In this document: piece after piece, positions 27,675 through 37,769 of the stretch
Numbering within the stretch: position 1 is the first letter of the stretch
Layout of the letters: every line of letters begins with the position of its first letter
DNA from: Nitrospirota bacterium
Lineage (GTDB): Bacteria > Nitrospirota > UBA9217
DNA: 64,000 bases
Assembly: GCA_963740085.1 (NCBI GenBank)
Contig: CAVUCU010000001.1
Coordinates: 544,001-608,000 of the forward strand
Direction: 5' to 3'
Notes under the pieces: model-generated
Told to the model about the DNA's origin: nothing
Seen by the model: the letters and a program-made list of their open reading frames with translations, nothing else
Databases searched by the model: none
Program-made: the position numbers and the translations under genes

Positions 27675-29168
27675 TCATTTTTCTTCATAATCTCGCAGGA
27701 ACTGCGTCAGGAGCCGCACCCCGATGCCCGTCGCACCTTTGGGTGTGTAAGGCTGTTCCTTTTCGGTCCATGCTGTTGCGGCAATGTCAAGGTGCACCCA
27801 GGGATATTTCTGAATGAACTTCGAGAGAAGCGCTGCCGCCGTGATCACGCCGCCTCTCCTTCCCCCCGTGTTCTTCATGTCGGCGATGTCGCTCTTGATC
27901 TGCTCGTAGTACTCTTCCCAAAGCGGCATTTCCCATACACGTTCGCCGGTCTTTTCGCCTGCCGCGCGAATCTTCTGCTTGAACCGGTCATTGGTGCCGA
28001 GCATGCCGGTCGCCTCGGTGCCCAGGGCAACGCCGCACGCACCCGTGAGTGTGGCAATATCCACGATGACCGCGGGTTTATAGGTGCAGGCGTAGGTGAG
28101 TGCATCGGCAAGAATGAGCCTGCCTTCTGCGTCGGTACTCAGTATCTCGATTGTCTGGCCGGACATGGTGCGAAGCACGTCGCCGGGTTTGAACGCGCTG
28201 CCGCTTGGCATATTCTCCGTTACCGGTAAAAGGCCGACGATATTGAGCGGCAACCTGAGGGCCGCGGCTGTCCGGATCGCTCCGAGCACCGCTGCGCCTC
28301 CGGACATGTCGTCCTTCATCCTGTCCATATTCTCGGCGGGCTTGATCGAAATGCCGCCGGAGTCGAAGGTAATCGTTTTCCCGACAAGCGCTATGAATGG
28401 TTTCGCCCCGCCCTTCCGGTACTCGACAATGACGAACTTCGGCGGCTGCATGCTGCCTGAGGCAACGCCGAGCAGGGCACCCATGCCGAGCTTTTGCATC
28501 CGGTCCTTGTCAAGGACCCGGAGCTTGAGCCCGAACTGCCGCGCGATCTCTTTCGCCTTGATCGCGATGATGACCGGAGTCATGTCGGCAGGTGGCGAAT
28601 TCACCATGTCACGCGCCATGACCGTGGACCCGGCAATGATCTCACCGACCTTCACGCCCTTCCGCATGGCGTTGACCGCACCAACAGATTCCGTCAGGAG
28701 GGAGATCATCCGAACGTCCTTCTTGCGGTCGTTCTCTTCATTGGTCTTGTATTTTAAGAACCGGTAGAGTCCGAGCACGCTCCCCTCGGCCAGCGCCTGG
28801 CCAAGTTCTTCAGCATCAAGACCGATCCCGTCAACGATGACCGTTATAGCCTGCGCGCCTGCGTTTCTCAGCGCAGGCGCGGCCTTACCCACGGCCAGCC
28901 GCATGTGGTTAGGTGTGAACTCACTCCGTTTCCCCAGGCCCACGAGGAGCAGCCGTTCCGCAGGGATCCTGCCTTCGGGATAGAGAAGATGGACCGAGCC
29001 CCTTTTGGGCTTGAAGTCGCCCTTTCTGATCAAGCGCGAGATCATTCCACCGAGCGCCTTGTCTACCCGTTCTGCAACCTTGCGCGGCTTCTCATTTTCG
29101 AAAAGGAGGATTACCGCTGCATCCGTCTTATGCCTCTCTATTTTGCCCGCAAGAACATTGATCTTCAT
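27675..29168 (-). CDS. pepA: Leucyl aminopeptidase (M17)
   Basis: VGKTITFDSGG, MKDDMSG, STDAEGRL, DIATLTGA, WVHLDIA. Confidence 0.95.
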   Translation of the reverse strand: MKINVLAGKIERHKTDAAVILLFENEKPRKVAERVDKALGGMISRLIRKGDFKPKRGSVHLLYPEGRIPAERLLLVGLGKRSEFTPNHMRLAVGKAAPALRNAGAQAITVIVDGIGLDAEELGQALAEGSVLGLYRFLKYKTNEENDRKKDVRMISLLTESVGAVNAMRKGVKVGEIIAGSTVMARDMVNSPPADMTPVIIAIKAKEIARQFGLKLRVLDKDRMQKLGMGALLGVASGSMQPPKFVIVEYRKGGAKPFIALVGKTITFDSGGISIKPAENMDRMKDDMSGGAAVLGAIRTAAALRLPLNIVGLLPVTENMPSGSAFKPGDVLRTMSGQTIEILSTDAEGRLILADALTYACTYKPAVIVDIATLTGACGVALGTEATGMLGTNDRFKQKIRAAGEKTGERVWEMPLWEEYYEQIKSDIADMKNTGGRRGGVITAAALLSKFIQKYPWVHLDIAATAWTEKEQPYTPKGATGIGVRLLTQFLRDYEEK

Positions 29169-29238
29169 CGTTCCTTACCATACGAAAACTTTCGCCCCGG
29201 AACTTAGCTTTTCGAAATTTCACCTGGGGCGAGCGATC

Positions 29239-29967
29239 TCAATCTTTTCTCACGACAATTGGCTCCAGGCCCTCGAGCATCAGTTTGCCCGCCACCTGCT
29301 CGGCACGATCCTCTGACGCATAAGAGCCCACCCGCACGCGATAGAACCTGGCAATGTTCGTTTCAAAAGGCATGATCGAGACCGCCTCGAACTTCGCATC
29401 CAGTCGCTCCTTCAGCATCCGCGCGTTCTCTTCTTCAGTGAAGACGGCCGCTTGTACCGTGTACTGCACCGTACCGCGCACTTCATCAAGGGTCTCGATC
29501 CTTACCCGCGCGACCCCCTGGGCCACAAAACCCAGCGCGCTGGCTGCTCCATAGGAGAGATCGAGAAACCTGCCCTTGAGGAACGGTCCCCGGTCGTTTA
29601 TTCTCACGTTGACGCTCTTGAAATTGTCGAGGTTGGTAACGCGTACAACAGTGCCGAGCGGCAGGGTCCGGTGCGCGGCCGAGAGGCCATACATATCGAA
29701 AATCTCACCGCTTGCCGTCTTCTTTCCGTGCAGATCCTTGCCGTACCACGTAGCCATCCCCGTCTCACGGTAGATTTCTTTCGATTCCGGCTCCGGTACA
29801 GGTACCGAAACCGGGACTGCAACCGGAGCCGCAGCGGGAGTCGGCGCAGTGGCTGCAGGTGAGGCCAACGGCACCTCCCTGCCAGCGCAGGCAGCGATCA
29901 ATGCAAACGCCAGCAGGAGACCGATTCCGATCACCCGCACACCAATTAAAGAAGAACTGAACCGCAT
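29239..29967 (-). CDS. rlpA: Septal ring lytic transglycosylase RlpA
   Basis: Lipobox IAAC; GMATWYG, AAHRTLP, INDRGPF, DLSY (DPBB); C-terminal SPOR (YRVRVG). Confidence 0.92.
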   Translation of the reverse strand: MRFSSSLIGVRVIGIGLLLAFALIAACAGREVPLASPAATAPTPAAAPVAVPVSVPVPEPESKEIYRETGMATWYGKDLHGKKTASGEIFDMYGLSAAHRTLPLGTVVRVTNLDNFKSVNVRINDRGPFLKGRFLDLSYGAASALGFVAQGVARVRIETLDEVRGTVQYTVQAAVFTEEENARMLKERLDAKFEAVSIMPFETNIARFYRVRVGSYASEDRAEQVAGKLMLEGLEPIVVRKD

Positions 29968-29980
29968 GCTGCGATCCGGC

Positions 29981-30196
29981 TTACGCGGAAGCGGCGGGCG
30001 CCGCTTCGCCGGCTTTCTTTCCTGATGACTTGTATGCCTTGGCCGTACGGAGCTTCCGCTGGGCCCGCTTCACCTTTTTGCGCGCCTCGCGTACCTCCGG
30101 AGCGGACTTACTAGCTGCTTTCGTTTTCTTCTCCGCGGCCGTTTGTTTCAGCTTTTTGATATTCTCCTGCAACTTTTCCATATTAACCTTTATCAC
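29981..30196 (-). CDS. Small Lys/Ala-rich hypothetical protein
   Basis: 71 aa, very basic; GAGGAGG RBS before GTG start. Confidence 0.7.
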   Translation of the reverse strand: MIKVNMEKLQENIKKLKQTAAEKKTKAASKSAPEVREARKKVKRAQRKLRTAKAYKSSGKKAGEAAPAASA

Positions 30197-30377
30197 GTGT
30201 GCTCCTCCTCAAAAAATTGGATACTCCTGAACCGATATCGAACACTAATAATAGACAAAAGTCCTCGAGAAATCAAGCTATTTCGTAGACTTTGCAGGTT
30301 TTGTTCTGTCCGATCTTTTGACTTGATCTCTGCAGGAAACGGTGAAGGGCCGCGGGACTGTGGAATGTTAAAACAAT

Positions 30378-30413
30378 AAAAAAGGGAGTCGACCTTTTTC
30401 AAGGTGACTCCCT
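30378..30413 (-). terminator. Intrinsic terminator
   Basis: GGGAGTC..ACCTT/AAGGT..GACTCCC stem with A6 on + strand. Confidence 0.65.
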
Positions 30414-30429
30414 GTGATCGGTCCTTCCG

Positions 30430-30714
30430 TTAGCAACCTACGGCTGCCCTTTTCTTTTCCGCTTTCAAGCTCATTACGGTGTCCTTGTCTACAGTGATCT
30501 CTACCTTCTCGCCGGCCTTTACCTTGCCGAGGTCGACAGCTTTGTCGGCCTTCAGGGTCATGTCGGTGGTGGTGCCTTCCGCACAGAATACGGCCGTGCC
30601 TGCCTTCGCGTCCACGCTCTTGATGGTGCCCTTCATTGCCTCTGCTGCAACCGCCAGAGAAACCAGAGAAACAACCATAACCACTACTGCGAGAATTGCC
30701 GCTGCTTTTTTCAT
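30430..30714 (-). CDS. Small secreted beta-rich protein ending in VGC
   Basis: Sec signal peptide, AGGAGG RBS, OB-like GTIKSVD..GEKVEITV, C-terminal Gly-Cys, own terminator. Confidence 0.75.
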   Translation of the reverse strand: MKKAAAILAVVVMVVSLVSLAVAAEAMKGTIKSVDAKAGTAVFCAEGTTTDMTLKADKAVDLGKVKAGEKVEITVDKDTVMSLKAEKKRAAVGC

Positions 30715-31020
30715 TGGTTTTACCCCTCCTAGAGTGGATTTAAAAAATGTGAGTTGTACATTACCACAAGTTCAGGAATTCTTCAATTAAAATTATAAAT
30801 ACTCTTATTTGAAAATTTTGCAGCCATAAGGGTATGTTCTCGCCCGCTTAACCCGATATTGGAAGGAAACCGACAAGAGGATCGTATGCGGGCGGTGAGT
30901 AACAGACGTTCTTCTTTGATTTGAAAGGAGAGACCGTAACGATCTTCTTTTTTGTCCTGTATCAACCGCGTAAACGCTTCTTGAGGCTAACGACATTCAA
31001 GGCGTTCATGATAACCTGGA

Positions 31021-31554
31021 CTATTCCCCCTCGAACTCCGTAAGGGCGAAAACGTTATATCCCTTTTCCAGAAGTCTCTTTTTCCCACCGACATCGGGCA
31101 GGTCCACGATGAACGAAATCTCAACGACTGTCGCGCCCAGTTTTTCGATCAGCGCGGCAGCGGCCAGTGCCGTTCCGCCAGTGGCGAGAAGGTCATCTAC
31201 AAGAAGCACCCGCTCCCCTTTTTCGAGCGCATCCTTGTGAATCTCGATCTTGTCCGTGCCATACTCAAGATCATATTCCTGAGAAACGACTTCAGCCGGG
31301 AGTTTGCCCTTCTTGCGGATGGGAATAAAACCTTTGCCAAGCGTATACGCCAGGGCCGAGCCGATAATGAAGCCGCGCGATTCAATGCCCACGATAGTAT
31401 CAAATTTAAAATCCCCCTGCATGTACCGCTGGGTCAGGGTATCGATGACGAGCCTGAAACCCACGGGGTCCTTGATCAGCGTGGTGATGTCGCGGAACAT
31501 GATGCCTTTTTTGGGATAATCGGGAACAGTCCTGATCTTAGACTTGATTGGCAT
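31021..31554 (-). CDS. apt: Adenine phosphoribosyltransferase
   Basis: PKKGIMFRDIT, GIESRGF, RKKGKLP, LEYG, VDDLLATGGT. Confidence 0.97.
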   Translation of the reverse strand: MPIKSKIRTVPDYPKKGIMFRDITTLIKDPVGFRLVIDTLTQRYMQGDFKFDTIVGIESRGFIIGSALAYTLGKGFIPIRKKGKLPAEVVSQEYDLEYGTDKIEIHKDALEKGERVLLVDDLLATGGTALAAAALIEKLGATVVEISFIVDLPDVGGKKRLLEKGYNVFALTEFEGE

Positions 31555-31570
31555 TGATAAAACTCCTTTT

Positions 31571-31642
31571 GGACGGGATTAACAGGATGGACAGGATAAA
31601 AAGAAATGGGCGACTGGTCCTCGTAAATCCTGTTGTCCTGTC
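31571..31642. repeat. Palindromic nonamer-repeat element (ACAGGAT-type)
   Basis: GACGGGATT-AACAGGATG-GACAGGATA ... ATCCTGTTGTCCTGTC. Confidence 0.65.
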
Positions 31643-31652
31643 AAATGATTAT

Positions 31653-32234
31653 TCAGCACGACTCGTCATCGAAATCTCCCAGATCTTTGTACTCCTCTAC
31701 CCCCATCATATACAAATCCCCACCGTAAACATCGTTCACCACGACAGCGGGAAAGTCCTCAACCTCCAGCCGCATCACGGCCTCGGTCCCGAGATCGGGA
31801 TAAGCGATCAGTTCAGCTTTACGTATTGTCTTTGAGATAAGCGCGCCGGCGCCGCCGATGGCCGCGAAATAAATCGCCTTGTGTTTCTTGACCGCATCCT
31901 TCACTTCCTGACCGCGCGGCCCCTTTCCGATCATGCCTTTGAGACCCAGTTCAAGCAGGTAGGGAGTGTACCTGTCCATGCGGTAGCTCGTAGTCGGCCC
32001 GGCGGAACCGATCGGCTTGCCAGGCGGTGACGGTGTCGGTCCGGTGTAGTACAGGATCTGGCCTTTGAGATCGAACGGCAGTTTCTCGCCCTTTTGGTGA
32101 CCTTCCACCATATACTTGTGAGCCATGTCCCTCCCGGTATAGATCCCGCCCGTGATAAGCACGCGATCGCCGGCTTTCAGCTTCATGATGACGTCGTCGG
32201 TCAAAGGTGGAGATATTTTTACAGGACTGGTCAT
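31653..32234 (-). CDS. Class I fumarate hydratase beta subunit
   Basis: TGRDMAH, GPTTSYRMD, GMIGKG, GGAGAL. Confidence 0.92.
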   Translation of the reverse strand: MTSPVKISPPLTDDVIMKLKAGDRVLITGGIYTGRDMAHKYMVEGHQKGEKLPFDLKGQILYYTGPTPSPPGKPIGSAGPTTSYRMDRYTPYLLELGLKGMIGKGPRGQEVKDAVKKHKAIYFAAIGGAGALISKTIRKAELIAYPDLGTEAVMRLEVEDFPAVVVNDVYGGDLYMMGVEEYKDLGDFDDESC

Positions 32235-32255
32235 TGTTCACCTTATATTGATGAT

Positions 32256-32332
32256 AAGCACCAAATCCCAAGGAACAAATTACAAACAAGGACTCAATTT
32301 ATTTGAAATTTGGGATTTGTCACTTGAAATTT
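32256..32332. repeat. Palindromic heptamer-repeat element
   Basis: AAGCACC-AAATCCC-AAGGAAC-AAATTAC ... TTTGAAATTTGGGATTTGTCACTTG. Confidence 0.65.
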
Positions 32333-32355
32333 TCAGCTCACGCCTTCTAACAAAT

Positions 32356-33195
32356 CTATAAAATGATCGTCTTATGCCGCGCAGCATGGCAATTCATGTT
32401 CACCGCGACCGGCAGACTCGCGATATGGCAGGGGAAGCTTTCGATATGAACTGCCATGGCCGTAACCTTGCCGCCGAAGCCTTCCGGACCGATCCCCGTC
32501 TTGTTCACGGCCTTGAGCAACGTTTCTTCCAGTCTTGCAAGTTCAAGTTTTGGATTCGGGCTGCCGACGGACCGAAGAAGCGATTTTTTCGCGAGCAGCG
32601 CGGCCTTCTCGAAACTTCCTCCGATGCCCACTCCGATCACCACCGGCGGACAGGGATTTGCCCCGGCTTTTTGCACGCATTCCAGCACAAAGTTCCTGAT
32701 GCCCTCCACTCCCTCGGTGGGCCGCAGCATCCGGATCGCACTCATGTTCTCGCTTCCCGCGCCTTTGGGCATGAACGAGATCTTGAGCTTGTCGCCGGGT
32801 ACAAGCTCAGTGTAGATGATCGCAGGCGTGTTGTCCCCGGTGTTCTTACGCGTGAGCGGATCGACCACGGACTTCCGGAGATAACCTTCCTTATACCCCT
32901 TGCGCACACCCTCGTTGACCGCATCGACAATGAAGCCGTTCTTGATCCTGAGGTCCTGCCCGATCTCAACAAAGAAGACGGCAATGCCCGTGTCCTGGCA
33001 GATCGGGATGTGCTCTTCTTTCGCAATGCGGGCGTTCTCCTTCAGGAGTTCAATGATCTCTTTGGCGCCGGGAGCGGTCTCGGTCTCGATCGCCCGGTCA
33101 AAGGCGGTGATCACGTCCTCGCTCAGGTTATACGCCGCGTCGAGGCAGATCTGTGCGATATTGTCCCTGATCTCGTCTACATGAATTTCGCGCAT
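32356..33195 (-). CDS. Class I fumarate hydratase alpha subunit
   Basis: PICQDTG, KGAGSEN, CPP, CHAARH. Confidence 0.93.
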   Translation of the reverse strand: MREIHVDEIRDNIAQICLDAAYNLSEDVITAFDRAIETETAPGAKEIIELLKENARIAKEEHIPICQDTGIAVFFVEIGQDLRIKNGFIVDAVNEGVRKGYKEGYLRKSVVDPLTRKNTGDNTPAIIYTELVPGDKLKISFMPKGAGSENMSAIRMLRPTEGVEGIRNFVLECVQKAGANPCPPVVIGVGIGGSFEKAALLAKKSLLRSVGSPNPKLELARLEETLLKAVNKTGIGPEGFGGKVTAMAVHIESFPCHIASLPVAVNMNCHAARHKTIIL

Positions 33196-34100
33196 CCCTG
33201 CCTCACCGCATCCACGGACCTCATGAACGCCGCCTTTTCATCGGAACTCAGTTTGATCTCCACCACCTGCTCCATGCCCTTTTCGCCGAGCTTTACCGGC
33301 ACACCGGAATAGATCCCCTTCACACCGTACTCACCGTCGAGGTACGCGGAACAAGGCAGGATCTTCTTCTTGTCCAGCAGCACTGCCTCGACCATTTCGA
33401 GCGCGGCCGCGGAAGGCGCATAATAGGCGCTTCCGGTCTTGAGCAGGGCGACGATCTCGGCCCCGCCGTTCCGCGTGCGGTCCACGAGCTTGTCGATCGT
33501 CTCTTTGCTCATCAGTTCCGTGATCGGGATGCCTGCTACGGTCGAATAACGCGGCAGCGGCACCATGGTGTCGCCGTGCCCGCCGAGCACAAAGGCATGG
33601 GTGTTCTCCACGGACACGCCGAGTTCCATGGCAATGAAGGTGCGGAACCTCGCCGAATCAAGCACCCCTCCCATGCCGACCACCCGCTCCCGGGGGAAGC
33701 CACAGGCCTTCATGGCAACATACGCCATCACATCCATGGGGTTCGTGACCACGATCATGAACGCCCCGGGTGAACGCTTGCCGGTTTCCACTGCCACTTT
33801 TTTAACGATTTCACCATTCGCGGCGAGGAGATCGTCGCGGCTCATCCCCGGCTTGCGTGCCAGCCCTGCGGTGATCACGATGATGTCCGACCCCGCGGTC
33901 TCGTCATAGCTGTTCGTACCGGTCACCCGGGAATCGTACCCCATCACCGGTCCCGCTTCCAGGAGATCGAGCCCCTTGCCCTGCGGCACGCCCTCGACCA
34001 CATCCATCATCACCACGTCCGCGAACCCGGACTCCGCGATCCGCTGCACCAGGGTCGCGCCCACATGACCCGCACCGACAACAGTCACTTTCTTCCGCAA
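33177..34100 (-). CDS. mdh: Malate dehydrogenase (LDH-like)
   Basis: [39 protein letters not shown]. Confidence 0.95.
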   Translation of the reverse strand: MRKKVTVVGAGHVGATLVQRIAESGFADVVMMDVVEGVPQGKGLDLLEAGPVMGYDSRVTGTNSYDETAGSDIIVITAGLARKPGMSRDDLLAANGEIVKKVAVETGKRSPGAFMIVVTNPMDVMAYVAMKACGFPRERVVGMGGVLDSARFRTFIAMELGVSVENTHAFVLGGHGDTMVPLPRYSTVAGIPITELMSKETIDKLVDRTRNGGAEIVALLKTGSAYYAPSAAALEMVEAVLLDKKKILPCSAYLDGEYGVKGIYSGVPVKLGEKGMEQVVEIKLSSDEKAAFMRSVDAVRQGCAKFM

Positions 34101-34121
34101 AATACACCTCCAAGGTAGGTC

Positions 34122-34244
34122 AATCTCTAAATCCGAATATCGAAATCCTAAGCAACCTCAAATTTCTGAATTTCAAAGAATTTTTAATTTATTACTTTGA
34201 ACATTCACGCTTGTTTAGGATTTAGAAATTAGAATTTCGTGTTT
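34122..34244. repeat. Palindromic heptamer-repeat element (same type as 645-778)
   Basis: AAATCCG-AATATCG-AAATCCT-AAGCAA ... TTGTTTAGGATTTAGAAATTAGAATTTCG. Confidence 0.7.
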
Positions 34245-34250
34245 GCTTCA

Positions 34251-35528
34251 TCACAGCTTCGATATCTTCACCTTGCTGATCTTCCTGCCTTCCAGCTCAA
34301 TGACCTCCAGCTTGAGATCCCGGTATCTGAGTTGCTCGCCCACCTTCGGCATCCTGCCGAAAAGCCCGAACACGAACCCGCCGAGTGTGTTGAATTCCGT
34401 TGACTGGAGGCTGGTGTCGAGCATCTCATTCACTTCATCAAGCGCCGACTGGCCAGAGACCACGAAATTTTTCTCGTCCACGATCTGAACATCCTTATCC
34501 CCGGCCTCAAGCTCGTCGTGGATGCTGCCGACGATCTCCTCGATCAGGTCTTCAAGCGTCACCAGACCAGCGGTACCGCCGTATTCGTCGATGACAATGG
34601 CGATCTGGAATCGTTCCCGCTGCATCTCAGACAGGAGTTCGCTTACCCGTTTGTTCTCGGGGATGAAGTAGGCGGGCCTGATGAACCGCAGAATGCCGTC
34701 CTCGCGCTTCACTTCACCCGACGCCATGGCCACAAGGATGTCCTTGATATACAGGATGCCGATCACCGTGTCGACCGTGTCCTCGATCACGGGGTACCGG
34801 GAATAGCCGAACTCCGACACCAGGGTCAGGACCTCCTGCAGGGTCACGCTCGACGGCACGCTCACGATCTCGGTCCTCGGCCGCATAGCCTCTGATGACA
34901 CGGTATCACCGAACTCAAATACCTTATGGAGCAGTTCTTTCTCCTCTTCCTTGAGCGAGCCACTGTCCTCTCCAAGATTGATCAGGGCCTTGATATCCTC
35001 TTCCGTGACCACCGCAGTGCAGGACATGCCCTGCGGTCCCGGCCCGGCGATAAGGTCCGCCATAGCCGCAAGCGACCGGGACAGCGGCGACAGAAGCTTC
35101 ATTACCAGCTGAAGAGGCGCGGAGACAATAAGGGCAAAACGGTCGGGATTCCTGCAGGCTACCCCTTTTGGGGCAAGTTTGGCAAAGATCACGATGGCAA
35201 GAGTTACGGCAAGGACGGTGACTGCCACTGCCAGCGGCATCTGCGGGATCAGTTTTACAATAGTGACCATGCCAAGAACCGCGGTAAGAACGATGAAGAA
35301 ATTCTCGGCCAGCAAAAGCGTGGAGTGAAGACGATCACGCTCCTGCATCAGAAGAATGACCCTCCCTGCCCGCCTATCACCCGATTCTGACAACGCCCGG
35401 ATATGAGCCTTGTTGGAGAACACGATAGCGGTTTCCGCGGCCGCAAAAAAGGACGCGAACAGAACGCCCGCACCTGCGCCGACAATCAGCGGCCAGGAGT
35501 CCGATATGAAGGAGCTAAAGGTGTCCAT
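34251..35528 (-). CDS. CNNM/CorB-CorC (hemolysin C-like) CBS transporter
   Basis: FFAAAETA TM domain, YSRYPV, VIDEYGGTAGLVTLEDLIEEIVG, CorC tail. Confidence 0.9.
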   Translation of the reverse strand: MDTFSSFISDSWPLIVGAGAGVLFASFFAAAETAIVFSNKAHIRALSESGDRRAGRVILLMQERDRLHSTLLLAENFFIVLTAVLGMVTIVKLIPQMPLAVAVTVLAVTLAIVIFAKLAPKGVACRNPDRFALIVSAPLQLVMKLLSPLSRSLAAMADLIAGPGPQGMSCTAVVTEEDIKALINLGEDSGSLKEEEKELLHKVFEFGDTVSSEAMRPRTEIVSVPSSVTLQEVLTLVSEFGYSRYPVIEDTVDTVIGILYIKDILVAMASGEVKREDGILRFIRPAYFIPENKRVSELLSEMQRERFQIAIVIDEYGGTAGLVTLEDLIEEIVGSIHDELEAGDKDVQIVDEKNFVVSGQSALDEVNEMLDTSLQSTEFNTLGGFVFGLFGRMPKVGEQLRYRDLKLEVIELEGRKISKVKISKL

Positions 35529-35532
35529 GTGT

Positions 35533-35599
35533 CGATTGCAGATTGTAGATCGCGGAATGCGGATTTAAAATCTCAAATCTAAAATCCGAAATCCGCAAT
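35533..35599. repeat. Palindromic heptamer-repeat element (GATTGCG-type)
   Basis: CGATTGC-AGATTGT-AGATCGC-GGAATGC-GGATTT / AAATCTA-AAATCCG-AAATCCG-CAAT. Confidence 0.7.
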
Positions 35600-35605
35600 G
35601 TACGT

Positions 35606-37402
35606 TCACATCTTCTCCCCCGTTACCCTGATGACCTCATCGAAGGTCGTCTCGCCCTTCAGCATTTTCAGGACCGCGGCCTCGCGCAGTCCGACCATGC
35701 CGTCCGCAACCGCCGCCTTCCGGATGATCTCCGCATCGGACTTGTCGTGTATAATGGCCCTGATCCCGTCGTTCATTTCCATGACCTCGAAGATGGCGGT
35801 GCGCCCCAGGTAGCCGGTGCCGCGGCACTTGGGGCATCCCTCACCATACTTTACGACGACCTTCCGGTCCTTGCTCGATGCGAGTCCCACGGTCTGCGCC
35901 TCTTCGGGCAGCAGTTCATAGGACTTTTCGCACTGTTTACAGATCTTTCTTACCAGCCGTTGGCCCATCACGCCGATGATCGTTGAAGAGAGAAGGTATG
36001 ATGGCACCCCCAGGTCCATAAGCCTGGTAATCGTGCTCGGGGCATCGTTCGTGTGGAGCGTGGAAAAGACAAGATGGCCGGTGAGAGCGGCCTGGACCGC
36101 GTTCTCCGCCGTTTCGAGGTCTCTGATCTCGCCGATCATGATGACATCCGGGTCCTGGCGCAGGATCGTCTTAAGCGTGCTGCCGAAGGTAATGCCGATA
36201 GCCGGCTGGATGCTCACCTGGTTGAACTTGTCATGGACCATTTCAACGGGGTCCTCGATGGTCACCACGTTCACCTCGGGCGTGGCAACGGACTTGAGGG
36301 CTGAATAGAGCGTCGTGGTCTTGCCGCTGCCTGTGGGACCGGTAACGAGGATAATGCCGTTCGGCCGCGTAATAAAGGAACGAAACAGCTCGTATTCCCG
36401 GGGCGAGAAACCTATCTCCTCGAGGTCTTGAAGCAGGATGTCGGGATCAAAGATCCTGATCACCACCTTCTCGCCGAAGGCGGTCGGCATGGTGGACACG
36501 CGGAGCTCGACCTCGCGGGACTTGTATTCGGTCTTGATCCTGCCGTCCTGGGGACGCCGCTTCTCGGCTATATCCATGCGCGAGAGCATCTTGATTCTCG
36601 ATACGAACGCGGAATGCACGGCCTTGGGAGTTCGGTGAATAGTGACGAGCATCCCGTCTATCCGGAGCCGTACCTCGCTGGCGTCACGCTTGGGCTCGAT
36701 ATGGATGTCGCTCGCCCGCTGGTCGAAGGCATAGCGAAACAGGAACTCCACGGCGTTCACGATGTGTTTGTCCGTGGCTTCGATCTCGGACACGGACTTC
36801 ATCTTCACGAATTGCTCGAGATTGCCGAGGTCGACCTCCGCCGTCATCTCCCTGGCTGCGGCGGTCACGGACGACCGGAACCCGTAGAATTCCGTGATGA
36901 TCTTGAGAATGTCCGTCTGCGGACAAACGATGCGCTTGACCTTATATCCCATCCGCTCGACGTTCTCAACAACTTCTATATTATAGGGGTCCGCCACGGC
37001 AAGCGTAAGCGTATCGTTTTCCCGTTCGATCGGGACGGAGATGCATCGCCGCGCGAAGGCCCGCGAGAGGATTTGCGTAACGATCTCCGGATTCAGCTTG
37101 AGTGGGTCGATCTTCTTGAACGGCAAGCCTGCATGCTGCGCTACCACCTCGCTGATGATATCCTCGGTCAGGACCTGGCCCGGCGCTCCGGGCATTTCTA
37201 AATTAAGTGAGGCGGCAACCTCGATGGACGAAACCTCGTCCTCAAGACGCATCCTGCCCCGATGCAGGGTCTCGCCACGGGACTTGAGTGCCTTCATTCG
37301 CTGGACGTCCTGCTTTATCTTGATCTCGCGGGCCTGTTCAGAGCTCAGTTTCCCCGATTTTACCAGGATCTCGCCCAGTAAATCCGTCGTTAATTTTGTC
37401 AT
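35606..37402 (-). CDS. GspE/PilB-family secretion ATPase
   Basis: ASDIHIEP, GPTGSGKTTT, TIEDPVE, LRQDPD, GHLVFSTLHTN, Zn CxxC pairs. Confidence 0.92.
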   Translation of the reverse strand: MTKLTTDLLGEILVKSGKLSSEQAREIKIKQDVQRMKALKSRGETLHRGRMRLEDEVSSIEVAASLNLEMPGAPGQVLTEDIISEVVAQHAGLPFKKIDPLKLNPEIVTQILSRAFARRCISVPIERENDTLTLAVADPYNIEVVENVERMGYKVKRIVCPQTDILKIITEFYGFRSSVTAAAREMTAEVDLGNLEQFVKMKSVSEIEATDKHIVNAVEFLFRYAFDQRASDIHIEPKRDASEVRLRIDGMLVTIHRTPKAVHSAFVSRIKMLSRMDIAEKRRPQDGRIKTEYKSREVELRVSTMPTAFGEKVVIRIFDPDILLQDLEEIGFSPREYELFRSFITRPNGIILVTGPTGSGKTTTLYSALKSVATPEVNVVTIEDPVEMVHDKFNQVSIQPAIGITFGSTLKTILRQDPDVIMIGEIRDLETAENAVQAALTGHLVFSTLHTNDAPSTITRLMDLGVPSYLLSSTIIGVMGQRLVRKICKQCEKSYELLPEEAQTVGLASSKDRKVVVKYGEGCPKCRGTGYLGRTAIFEVMEMNDGIRAIIHDKSDAEIIRKAAVADGMVGLREAAVLKMLKGETTFDEVIRVTGEKM

Positions 37403-37436
37403 GGTGTTTCCGTATGACTCCGCACTTTCAAAATAT

Positions 37437-37461
37437 AAAAGGCCCCCGCAGAACGGGGGCC
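37437..37461 (-). terminator. Intrinsic terminator
   Basis: GGCCCCCG/CGGGGGCC stem with A4 on + strand. Confidence 0.6.
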
Positions 37462-37494
37462 GTGCTTACAATACAAGGTTGAGCGCATACGGGG

Positions 37495-37692
37495 CTATTT
37501 CTTCGCCGGTTTTGAAGGGGCCGGTGCAGGCATCGGAGCAGACGCCGGTGCCGGAGCAGGCGCCGGAGCAGGCGCCGGTGTCACGACGGGCTGCGCAGGA
37601 GGAGGTGAAGCAGCCTGTTTCTTCTCACAACCGAAAAAAGCAACAGTAGCAATGATGACCAGGACCAGAATGGTTACAAAATACCTTTTCAC
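37495..37692 (-). CDS. Small Pro/Ala-rich lipoprotein (65 aa)
   Basis: GTG at 37692 after AGGAGG; lipobox FFGC; PAPAPA tract. Confidence 0.7.
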   Translation of the reverse strand: MKRYFVTILVLVIIATVAFFGCEKKQAASPPPAQPVVTPAPAPAPAPAPASAPMPAPAPSKPAKK

Positions 37693-37769
37693 GAAGTAAT
37701 ACCTCCTTCTTGAGTTTAGATCGCACCGCAATAAACGGAAGCGTGTATTTGACAAAGGCTGCAGGGTGA

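Noticed and set aside
30855-30935. SRP RNA (GGAAGGAA) or Moco riboswitch (GAAAGGAG) resemblance
   Set aside because: Lacks the SRP TCAGG/GCAGC helix; wrong orientation for a downstream gene.
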